Below, piece after piece: positions 53,101 to 64,000 of a DNA stretch of 64,000 bases. Numbering within the stretch: position 1 is the first letter of the stretch; each line of letters opens with the position of its first letter. Below the pieces are notes generated by a model, which saw nothing but the letters and a program-made list of their open reading frames with translations, did not search any database and had not been told where the DNA came from. This stretch comes from Camelus dromedarius (lineage: Eukaryota), in contig NC_087437.1 in assembly GCF_036321535.1 (NCBI RefSeq), positions 76,882,001 through 76,946,000 of the forward strand, in the 5' to 3' direction. The position numbers were made by a program, and so were the translations under genes.

Positions 53101-54329
53101 AAAACATTATTTTAATGCATGATGAAGCTCACGCTTCAAGGAAGCTTCAGCTCACAGCCATCTACAGGAAGTAACAGCATTCATGGTGATACAGGGTCAG
53201 GGTTACTGCAGATCTGGGAGATAGGAGGCAGCTTGAGCCCTTGCCTGTCCTCTTTTGTGAATACATGGGAAGACCCTGATTCTGTGAATGCAGTGGGCAT
53301 TTCATGCCATCTGTAGAATGACCAGTTTAGCTGAAACATCAGCCTTGAGAAAGGAATGTGAGGGTGTTGTAATTTAAAACAGAAAAGATTTAGAAATGAG
53401 GAACATTTTATCAAAAAAAAAAACCTGGACTTTAAAGTCATGAGGAATTACTGTAAAAGAAGCAGTATGTTACAGGGCTTTTATGAAGATGTCGTATCAT
53501 TTCAAATTAAATAAAATAGAAGATGCTGAAAAGATATTGTGAGAAATTATAAACTTCATATAAGACAGGATCTAATTTTAATAATAATGAAAGAGTACTG
53601 AGTGCTTGTGGTGTGCTGGGTGCTGTTCTGGTGTATTGCCTGTGTTGTGTTGTGCTGTGTGTGTGCTTTAACTCTCACAACAAACCTGTGGAGTAGATAT
53701 CGTGTCTAGATGATTCTTTCCTGTATGTTTTGTAGTTAGCAAGTTTGCATAGATAATATATTAAGAAATCATTTAACCTCCTCAAAAATAAATAGATGGA
53801 TGGATGGATGGGCAACAGAAGAATACATCAAAAAGTCACAGTAAATCTTAAAATCAGCCTAACATAAAACTTTAACCCTGAAACACTTTCAAGACAGAAA
53901 TATTTCATTTAGCAAAAAGAGAAGCAATGAAAAAATATGCTTGTAGGACGTCGGACCTTTTATTGCTCATTCAAATTGAGTATACTTTTATGAGAAATTT
54001 AATGTAAAAAAGCTTATCAAGTCATAGTAAAAATTGGTCTAGAAATTACATATATCAGATGCGATGATGTAATGTATTTTACTTGTTTTGAATCTTAGAG
54101 GAAAAAATGGCTCTATTAAAATTTTTGTCTCTAATTAAAGATATTAAATTGCTAATAAGTGGGTGGCAGGCAATTTGGCAAAGGGGTAGAATAATCACTC
54201 TAGATAGAGTATTATCCATATGTGTTATGTACAAAAGGTAAGAAGATAAGTACCTAAATTAAAACAGCCAAAGTTTTAGAATTCTGCCTAGGAAAACAGA
54301 CAGTTTAGCTCATTTGAGGAACAAAATAG

Positions 54330-54690
54330 GAACTGTGTCTTGGGTCACTAAGGAAAATTGGGTTTCATCAGACAATTTATAGCTTGCCATAGCAGTGACC
54401 AAGTAATTATATTAGGGTGCAGGAGTAGATGTAATTTAACAGGAGTTCAGATGGGACTTTTGACAGTCTATCATAGAAAAAGTTAATGAGCAAAATGCTA
54501 AACTTCAGTCTAAGTGCCAACCTAGCTAAAAAACTGATTGTAGCCTAAAATATATAGGATAGCAGTAAATTGTAGCAAATCCTCATGGAGAGGTGACAAA
54601 TGGAGTCCTTCAGGACTGATTGCCAGACCCATTACTTTTTAACACACTGTATGAGTTACAGCGTCTGAATTAGTTGATAATATTAAGAAT
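54330..54690 (+). mobile_element. Ancient CR1/L3-type LINE RT fossil
   Basis: Degenerate GVDVI*.EF...FDS (54422) and VTNGVLQD*LPDPLLFN (54593-54643), resembling VTSGVPQGSVLGPLLFN of CR1-clade RT. Confidence 0.65.
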
Positions 54691-55197
54691 CCAATTTTAT
54701 CTTTTGGAGAAGGTATTAGATAGAACACCTCAGTTGCTGTGAGTTTTTTTCTAAGTTAATGACTATTTAGAATAATTTAGAGTTTAGAATAGAACCTTCA
54801 CATCCTTTAGGCTTGACTTAGAGAATTTCAAGTTTATACCTAGAAAATATGGTACCCCTTCATTACTGTTGGTAATTATGTATGAATTTCCAATTATTGA
54901 AAATGTTGGTTAATAAATATTTATCGAACATTTATTACATGTAGGAACTGCCAACAAATTTTGGTAAGAATGCATAGGACAAGGATTATGAGAGTGCAGA
55001 CAAGGGAAGCCTACCTAGTCCAGAGTTCAGGACAGTCATCCTTAGAGAATATTGGCCTACTCTTGTATAAGTGAAAGTCATTAGGGAAAAGGAATGGTCA
55101 AGATGCATAAGAGGGCGCTGCATATGTAAAAACTTGGAAGTAAGAGAGAGAACATGGCTTTCTCAGAGTGCCAAAGTGTATAATCTAGAATCTTGAG

Positions 55198-55685
55198 TGT
55201 ATAGAAGATTGTGAAAATGGCTGCAGTTATTCCCCTACCTGGATTTGTGACATTAACAATATGACTTTTCAGCTCTTCTCATCAAGAAATTGAGTCTGTT
55301 TACTCACCGTTTGAGTCAGGGGTAGCTTGTGACTTACTTTGGCCAGTGGAATGCAGCAGAAGAAATGGACCAGTTCTGGGCTTAGACTCAAGAGACCTTC
55401 ACTCTCCCCGAAGCCTGTCTAGCCACGATGTGAGCAAGTATGAGCTGAGCTGATGGAGAATAAGAGACCCTGGGGAGCAAAGCCAACCATTCCAGCCGAG
55501 GCCATCCTAAAACAGGCTGCTTCAAGGACCAGGCAGCTCAACACAGATGTGTTGCTGAACCCAGCTGAGATGAGAACTGGCCAACTAAATCCGGTCCCAG
55601 TCACCAGACTGAGCGATGCAAATGATTGGTGCTTAAGTCATAAAGTTTGGGGCCATATATTATGCAGCAAAAGTGAGTCAATACA
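55198..55685 (+). mobile_element. MLT1G/H-like LTR
   Basis: TG...CA; cttgtgacttactttggccagtggaatgcagcagaag; ttaagtcataaagtttgggg...ttatgcagcaa. Confidence 0.75.
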
Positions 55686-58087
55686 GTAAAATAGGAGGGT
55701 GAATAGAAGATCAGGGACAAGATTATGCTGTCTTTCAGACTCTATGCTGAAGGCAGTAAGGACAGGTAGTCCCTCAGATTTCGGGCCTTGATTCTTTCTT
55801 CCTAAGCTGATAGTTTCAGAGAAGTCTAAATGTATCCTGCAAGGACCTTGAAACATCACCATCTTTAATCACTTATTTATGGGTGCCCAGAAGAAATGAC
55901 CATATTTAAATTATGTCTACTGATTGAATCAAATAGCTTTCTAGATACCTAATTGTACGTGTCTAATTCCCAAGATGAACTCCACTGTGCCAGTAAAACT
56001 TAACCCTACCCCATGTAAAGGCACTCAGGAAAGTATATTTTGGGGAAAGCAGGTTAGTCCATTTCAAATGGTGTTCTGAAGTCTGTCATAACTTGTGGGT
56101 GGTACTGCTGTCCAGAATTCCCTTCCCGACCTTGTTTCTGCCAGCACATCTTTATCCTGCTTCTTCATCCTGATCTGCATGTTTCTAGTAATCTTCCGGT
56201 CAGTCTGAAAATTGTAAGTTGTCATAGAGAAGCTAACATGTCTGGCTGATGTATGGTGGTATATGTTCTCTAAAGGATAATGCAGCAGCTACTTTTGACT
56301 GAAGCGTGTGACACAGTCACCAACAAGCTATGGGTATACAAGGTTGAACAAGCCACCCCTGCTTTATAAAGCAAATATTGCACCAGGCTAGCATATGCAC
56401 TCCTGGGGAATTGCTCCTCTGCTGAGTCAAAGCTAGAATGATTGAATGTGGCATTGTTTGATTGTAGGACAGAGGTGAGGCTCAGGGAGAAGAAATGCTG
56501 CTTTTCATCTTTTTTTTTTTTTCCCAATGAAGAGGAAGGATCACAAGATGTGTGTCACATGTTCCTGTGGGCTAGGTCTCTATTTGAAGGGTGCATATGT
56601 GTCACAGGGTGTATGTATGTGTATTTCAAGATGTTGTGTCATATGTACCCGCAGTATTCATGGATTTGAGCCTTGGCCTCAGTGTCATGTTTAAATAATT
56701 ACCAGCTATTCACAAACAATTTATCCTCTTCCCAGTATGATACTGGTTTTGAGATGGACTCAAAAGTAAATAAGGTAGAGTCCCGGACAAGGTACTCATT
56801 CGCTGGATAGCAAGGCTAACCCACATAAAGAGAATTAAAGAACAGCACACTTCAAAGGTCCAATTTTATGAAAAATATAGTAAACTAAATTTGAACAGAG
56901 CATTGCCTGGTGTGCATGTTCTGGAATTTTCAAAAGCTTATTTCAGTGCCCAGTTTGGTCATATTTCATACTTGACCTGTTGTGTCTTGTATGATTCTAA
57001 TATGGCAAAAATATTATCGAAAAATTATTCCCCTTCAGAGGTATTTTTTTACAAAGGGACTAGGAGGCAGGAAACCATTAGAGGTTGTTCACTCAGCAAC
57101 CTTACTTCATGTCTAGTTTCTGCATCCCAGTCTTCCGTCCCTCCTCAGATAAAGAACTGTGACAAAGTTCATCAGTGGCGAAGTTAATTGGGTTCTCTTG
57201 CTCTCTTTAAAATGCCTCCTCTCCTCAGGGATTCTTTAAGTTCCTGTCAAGAGCCCACTTAGCAAAGCAGTCTTCTTCAGATGTTTCCTTCCTCACCGGA
57301 GATAATATGTATGTGACTAAATGGTGATGTTTACACATCAGGGGGCGGTGAGCAAAATTATAAAGCAGGTGAGGTTTGTCTTCGTCTCCCTCACCTCCCC
57401 TTTCTGAAGCCTCATCCCTCCCAAGGGGTCCCCAGCATGTGTCCTGGGGTCCTCACTCTGTGAGAGCTTCTTCCTAAGGTGCCCTTCCAGATCTACCTGC
57501 TACGGGGGTAGCTCCTGACCTTTCCCTCCTGCTCCTCCTTTCCCAAGCTTATCTAAGCATCAGCCCATTTGCCTCAGGCCTGTCCTATTTTCTGTCAGAA
57601 AGTGATAATCCAGCTTAAGGTAGCAGGAGGTTTTAATGAGAACCCTTCATTCTGCCCATCTACCCACATAACACATGACATTTCAGTAGGGGCTGGGGAC
57701 AGTGGTTTAACCTAAGAGAATGATTTCAGCCGTGATGTGGGATAATTTGGTACCTTTAAGCAGTCATCAAACACTTTGGGAGCCTTCTTTTTGTTACAGT
57801 GAAAATTTATTACCTTTCTTAGAGTTGTAGGGAGTCAAGTGCGTTTAATCCTATCTGCAGAAGATGTAAAAATGCTGGAGTCCCAGCTAATTGCCTCACC
57901 TCTCTTCTATTCCCCTGTCAAACCCGGCAGCAAAATTTTGAATATAGTTTTTTTTAACCTTTTATCCTAGTAAAATAAAACCACACTGCCTTTTTAAAAT
58001 TGCATATTTTTGTGCTTTAAAGGAGAAAAAAAGTGAGCATGTGTGAGTATGAGCAAGGTTGTCTACATGTGTGTGTTACTGGGGGCT

Positions 58088-58958
58088 TGTATTAGATTTC
58101 TATTACTGCACAATGAATATATTGCCTACTTAGCTGCTGAAAATAACACCTGTTTATTTTCTCACTTTTCTGTGGGTCAGAAAGCCAGGCATGGTTCAGC
58201 TGGGTTCTCTGCTCAGGGTCTTTCAAGGCTAGCATCAAAGGTGTTGGCCAAGGGTTCTCATCTGAGGGTCAGGGTTCTCTTCCAAGGCCATTCAGGTTGC
58301 TGGTGGAATTCAGTTCCTTTTAATTGTAAGACCAAAGCTCCTGTTTTCTTGCTGGCTTTTGACTAGGGCTGCTCTCACTTCTTAGGATGTACCTGTTTAT
58401 GCCCCCCTACGTGACTGTCTCTGCCACATTGCCGTTTGCTTGGTCAAGGCCAGCAGGAGAATATCTCTGTTGCTTTGAATCTCTGATTTCTTTCTCTTAT
58501 TTCTAAGCCCTCTTTTATTTTTTAGATTTTAATTTAATTTAATTTAATTTAATTTAATTTAATTTATGTTTTGAAGCAACAATAGTTTAATGATAGGTTG
58601 TTGGGGATTGGGATAGTGGACTTCTTCAGGGGCTTGTGCATAGTGTTAACCAAATCAAAATGAGTAGTTTGTTGGAAGATGGAGTTGTCTAAGAACCAGA
58701 AACTGGGTTGTCAGTCATCATTTCAGATAAAGAAACACATACATGGAAAGAAATTTATAATAACAAACATACTGAAATATGAATAGACCTGCTTTAAGAG
58801 GTAGATTTAAATTGAACTCCATTTTCTTGTCTAAGCCCTCTTTTAAATGGGCTCACTTGGTTAATTCAGGTTCACCCACACTCAAAGGGGGAATCATTTT
58901 AGATGCACATATCAGTAGTGGGGATTTTGGAGACTCTCTTAGAATTCTGCTTACCACA
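58088..58958 (-). mobile_element. MLT1E-like LTR interrupted by a retro-insert at 58518-58829
   Basis: tgtattag start, ctgtgggtcagaa, ctgggttctctgctcagggtct, ends cttagaattctgcttaccaca. Confidence 0.82.
58518..58829 (-). pseudogene. L1-mediated retrocopy of non-repeat sequence (3'UTR fragment or orphan transduction)
   Basis: 16-bp direct repeat tctaagccctctttta on both sides; minus-strand ATTAAA followed by an A-rich tail. Confidence 0.75.
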
Positions 58959-59119
58959 GAGCTTTTACTGGTTTTCTTGTAAATATCCAGTAAAACGAAA
59001 ATATTGAAGGAGAAAATAAATGAATAGACGTAATAGAAGGAGAAAGTAGAGACTCTCCCTGAGGATCTGAGGCTAACCACAGATCCAAATACATGTAGCA
59101 CCCTACCTTTCACTGGAGA

Positions 59120-59328
59120 CAGCACTGCCCAATAGAACTTTCTGCAACAATGCAAGTGTTCTGTACCTTCTTTCTCCAATAAAGTAACCATTAGGAGCAT
59201 GTGGCTATTGAGAATTTGAGATGTGGCTAGTAAACACTGGATTTTTAAATTTAATTTATTTTTAAACGATTTATATTTAAAATTAAATAGCCATATGCCT
59301 CTGGTGGCTACCATATTGGACATCACTG
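59120..59328 (+). mobile_element. MER3-like hAT-Charlie MITE
   Basis: cagcactgcccaatagaactttctgc...atgtggctattgag...gtggctaccatattggacatcactg with imperfect terminal inverted repeats. Confidence 0.85.
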
Positions 59329-59669
59329 CTTGAGAGCAATATGTAACTTCCAGTTCCTCTTCACCTTCCTGAGTTACAGGATCATCTCCGACATGCTGAA
59401 GCAGTCTGTCTGGTGTTTATGTTCTGTCTTTATTCTCTACCTGTACTTGGGGTTTTAGTTTAAATTCTAGTTACTGTCTTTATATCTATGTTTTACATCT
59501 GCCTCTGGCTTTCTGCCAAATTTGCAGTTTCAGATAATGAGTCATTTTGTATATAAATTCATAATTATAAAATGTGAATCTAATGTCATCTAGACTACTA
59601 TCCTAATCAAAGTAGGAATCCTTTCCCCTGGTTACCTCTCTCACACACACGCACACCAGAATAATACTT

Positions 59670-59880
59670 GTTACCTTCACTGAGTATTTACTTTCTGTGC
59701 AAGACACTAAGCTCAGTGCTTCAGACATAGTCTCGCTCAATCTTCACAATAACCCGTGTGGCATTATTATGATTCCTATGTTATAGCTGAGGAAACCAAT
59801 AGTGGGAGAAGTTAAGTGACTTCCTGAAGTCTCACAATTACTTGCTGCTGAAGTAGAAATCAACCCCAAGCTCCTTGTCT
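59670..59880 (-). mobile_element. MIR SINE
   Basis: aatcttcacaataaccc...tgaggaaacc...gaagttaagtgacttcctgaagtctcaca. Confidence 0.75.
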
Positions 59881-60209
59881 ACAGTCACCCCTGATTTTTG
59901 TCTCTAAACTACATCACCATTTCTAACAAACATTCTTGCACAGTGCAATCATGTCTTCTAGTATTATTAGTGACAGTGAGTCCATAAACTTGGAAGATAA
60001 TATATTCCATTTATAGCTTTAAGAGAGATTTGTTCCTTTCATGGTCTTGTAATGGTTCCTCGAGCAAAAAAGTGCCTGTCATTCACTACTATGCATACTC
60101 TCCCTTAGATTTGACCTAGGTTTTAAATGTTGGTTCCCAAACATGAGCTTTAATGAGTTATTCTCTGATCTTAATTGCAAATCTGTATCCCAACAGTTTT
60201 TACTCATGG

Positions 60210-60617
60210 TTCTTTTTTTTTTTTTTACATTTTTTTAAATTGAGTTATAGTCAGTTTACAATGTGTCAATTTCCAGTGTAGAGCACAGTTTTTCAGTTAT
60301 ACATGAACATACATATATTCATTGTCACATTCTTTTTTGCTGTGAGCTATTGCAAGATCTTGTGTATATTTCCCTGTGCTATACAGTATAATCTTGTTTA
60401 TCTATTCTACATATGCCTGTCAGTATCTACAAATTTCGAACTCCAGTCTGTCCCTTTCCACCCTCCTTCCCTCTGGCAACCACAAGTTTGTATTCTATGC
60501 CTATGAGTCTGTTTCTGTTTTGTAATTACGTTCTTTTTTTTGTTGTTGTTCCACATATGAGTGATCTCATATGGTATTTTTCTTTCTCTTTCTGGCTTAC
60601 TTCACTTAGAATGACAT
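60210..60617 (-). mobile_element. Young lineage-specific L1 3' end
   Basis: Poly-T then tatagtcagtttacaatgtgtcaatttcc...ttccctgtgctatacag...tttctggcttacttcacttagaatga; related to the copies at 25827 and 40520. Confidence 0.88.
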
Positions 60618-60679
60618 TAATTTACTTCTTGAGCTGTTCTAAACAAATGGGTGCCCTTAGACTACAGGTGAGAGATTAG

Positions 60680-60905
60680 GAGCCAGGGTTTGGAATTCAG
60701 GCAGCTCTAAGTTTAATGACTGGCTTCAAACTTTATGAGTTGCATGACCTTCTACTTATGCATGCCTCTCTCTTACCTATAAAATGGGATAAAAATACCT
60801 ATTTCAGAAAAGATTGTTTCAAGGAAGAAGTGAAATGCAGCTGTTGAAGCACCTGGAAGAGCATCTAGCCAATGGCAGACTCTCAGGGGCAGGCAGCTAC
60901 TCTTA
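60680..60905 (+). mobile_element. MIR SINE
   Basis: tttggaattcaggcagctctaagttt...cctataaaatgggataaaaatacctatttca. Confidence 0.65.
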
Positions 60906-63900
60906 TTTTGTCTTGTTACAATAGAAGACTGTGTTCCTGCCCCACCTCCCCTAGTTTTCTCTATCTTAGGCCACAAATAAGACGTAACCATTATAAATGG
61001 TTACGTCTCTCACGTGTCTGGTTTTTCTGATCAAGATTCGATCTGGGTTTTAAGTGTTGCTCCACAAATTGTGAGCTCTAAAAATGGATATATTCCGTGA
61101 GCTCTCATAAATTCTCTGCTTATACCAAAGACACATAACTTTGTGCCATGTTTGAAGCTAAACCAGACGAATAAGATCATCCCTGCAGTCAGAGTAGTGA
61201 GAGCCGCAGAGGCTGTAGTAGGGAAATATAGTCTGTGATAGAGAAGCAAGAATGAGATTCTGACGTGATGCAACAGATACCACTTCTATTGGGGAGGATT
61301 TGACTAGGCAAACTTCCAGGTATGGTGCAAAATGAAAACATGAGACCACTTTTTCAAAAAGCAAACAAACTGCTGTATTAAAATTAAATTTAAAGAAGCT
61401 TCTTCCTTCCTACTGCAGTTTCTCTTGATTTATCAGGGTTTGTTGTATTTCCTATTTAATATTGTTTTAAGTTAAGAGAAAGTAACACTTTAAATTTTAG
61501 TGTAACTTTTGATGTTCATATTTATATCATGTGATGCTAGTCAAATGCAAAAGTTAGAACAGTTAACTCATATCCAGAGTCACCAAAATTATGCAGTTCG
61601 CATTTAGTAGCTCACACAGGCAGATGTATTTTCCTTCTGACCAGAACAATAGAAATGCTGCAAAAACCAAAGTCAGCTGTTCTAATTTCACTTCTTGGTA
61701 TGTGCACTTTCTAATGATGCGTTCTACCTTCAGCTTGCTGAGTAAGGGAGGTTGGGAGGGAAAAGGATCCGTTGGTTGCCCTATTTTTCCTTTTCCTCCT
61801 GTGTCATCATTCTCAGCATTAGTCAGTGGTTGGTTGATACAAAGAAATAACATGAAAAAGAAGATATAATAGGATTCCTTGATGGTTTCTGTTTCTTGGA
61901 ATGTCATTACTGTGGTCAAACTGTGGGCAATGATTAAATTGCTTACTCTGCTCCTTCTTCTGATTAGCTGCATGGATGTCTCTCTCTCTCTCTCTCTGTT
62001 CTTTTCAGCATGTTGAATATATATATATATATTTCTATATATATATAGAAAAAACCCTCAAAATTCCATCTAGAATATATGTTTAAAATTTCTTAGGAGT
62101 CTATTTAGAACCTTTTACTTACAAAATCCAAAGAGTTTTATTTCATATGACCTCTTTCTCCCTATATCTCTTTCACTATTTCTTTAAAAAAATTCTCCAG
62201 ATATAAAAAGCTTCTTACTTATATCTATGCCTTTGATCGAAGATTTCCTAGCTGACACTGGCACACATATCTTCTAATTCTTTTTTTGACTCCCACAATT
62301 TGTTTTAACATGAAGTAAAGAATTTTCAGTTTTCTTTTTTCTTTGTATTAATATCTAGCAACATCACCTTTGGACTCATCTTTCCTTCCTCCAGCCATAA
62401 ATAGAACTTTTAAAAAATGTGTGATATGAGTCCACTGTGACATTGATTAAAAAAAAAAAAAACTCAGCCATTTATGGGGTATCTACCATGTGCCATACAC
62501 TGTGCTAAGCTTTAAGCTATTTCTAAACTTTTATACAATCTTATCCAATGTATGTAATATTGAAGAATCGATAAGGATCCCAGTGACTGACTGTGGTATA
62601 AGAAATCACTTTACATAAAGTTCAAAACTATTCTTTACCAGGAAACACAGCCATAAAATCAGAATTTAAGTTGATTGCTTATCTTTTCCTTAAAGAAAAT
62701 AAAATTAAACAAAAATAAACAACAAACAATACTAGTGACAAGATCCTCAGATTATAGAGGATTTGTTACCATCCCCTTAGATGAAGGTCCTGAAAAGAAG
62801 AGACAATATCATTTTTTTTTTCCTAGCTCCAGATGCTAATGTTGTGCTTGGCATATAGCTGGAGCTCAAAATACATTTGGAGATTAAATTCAGAAAATTT
62901 AATGAGAATAAAATAAATTGTTATTGAGGTTTTCTTTGTTAAAGAAATGTATTTTAAAGCGCAATTTTTCATTATCTTTTCCTGCCAAAGAACACCATCA
63001 TACTATTAGAACAATCAAGTTTCAGTTTGAATACTTTTGAAATTTATCAACTTCTCTCCTTTGCACAAAAAAAGAGGCAAAGGTCATAGAAAGACTGCAG
63101 ATTTGTAGTGCCATAGACTTCTTTACGTTCATAAACACATTTCACTCTGTTCTGCATCTTCATAACCTAACAGTCTTGATTGGAAGCTGAAGTGCTGTGG
63201 CAAGAACAATTGTGTAATTAGAAGACAATCATTCACTCTGGCAGCACCTCGAAAGTATGGGCTTTAAAGAACAATTAAAATTTCTGTGTGTTTGATTGGA
63301 ATGTGTTTATCCTGATTAATAATTTACAAATATTCCTTTCTATAAACCTTCTCTGGGAAAATCTCAAAAACATTTTAGACTTCTAAAGGCTTTTAATTCT
63401 AAAATAATCAAAGTTATTACTGAACGTAATAACTCATTCCATTTTATTTCCCCCATGACAGGAGAATTGCTTTAAATAAAACATTCAATCTATCTATAGT
63501 TCTACAGAGAAATGATAAAAGTCAAAATAATTAAATTAGAAGATGAAAGTTTCAAAGGTGACATAAATTGAATAATCCTCACTTGCCAAAGTTGAGAAGT
63601 TTTAAAATCATGTCACTGATATAAAAGAAACAGGTCCATATTTGCTCTTTAGGGAAGACAGCTGCAGAGGTAATAACACCCAGCTGCCTGCCGTTGAGAG
63701 CATCTGCATTACTAGGACACTTGGATAATGAGATTCTGTACAAAAGAAATAGATGTTTTTTGAGAGAAGTCATGATGTAAAGTGGACTCTTAGCAAGACA
63801 TGTAAGAGAAGCTGAAATAAAATCCTTGTGGATTGTAGTGGTGAGGATATTTCTGGAATTAGAGCTCTCTAGTTGATAAATTTTTGGAACCTTTTTTAGT

Positions 63901-64000
63901 TGTAGTACTCATATGTCAACTTATATTTTTTCTGGGACCTATCATTTGCAAAGTGTTTTTAAATTTACCAAAAAAAAATCCTATATGATAAACAACTCAT

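Noticed and set aside
58853..59326. 157-aa ORF, the longest in the track
   Set aside because: It runs antisense through MER3 and MLT1 repeats; a chance open frame.
61563..61973. 136-aa minus-strand ORF
   Set aside because: No recognisable domain or splice support on that strand.

Overview
AT-rich, CpG-depleted mammalian nuclear DNA, intronic or intergenic. It is most likely camelid (alpaca/camel), inferred from two Vic-1-like tRNA-Ala-derived SINEs and artiodactyl-type L1 3' ends. I recognise no intact protein-coding gene, and the ORF track is mostly noise plus transposon remnants. The window is dominated by repeats: a heavily deleted ERV-L provirus with LTR16-type LTRs (~6.4-10.5 kb) carrying nested insertions, L1 fragments of several ages, L2, MIR, a CR1/L3 fossil, MLT1 (MaLR) LTRs, MER DNA transposons and microsatellites. 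I cannot support a novel multi-gene system. The best leads are: (i) a TSD-flanked, polyadenylated, non-repeat retro-insert inside an MLT1 LTR (58.5-58.8 kb); (ii) an apparent L1 3' transduction (9.4-10.0 kb); (iii) a recursive-splice-like AG|GTAAG site (22.6 kb); (iv) three phase-compatible minus-strand candidate exons starting in an NF-kB/ETS motif cluster; (v) several perfect palindromes and motif-dense candidate enhancers. Repeat family names come from recalled consensus similarity, not database searches, and boundaries of old repeats are approximate.
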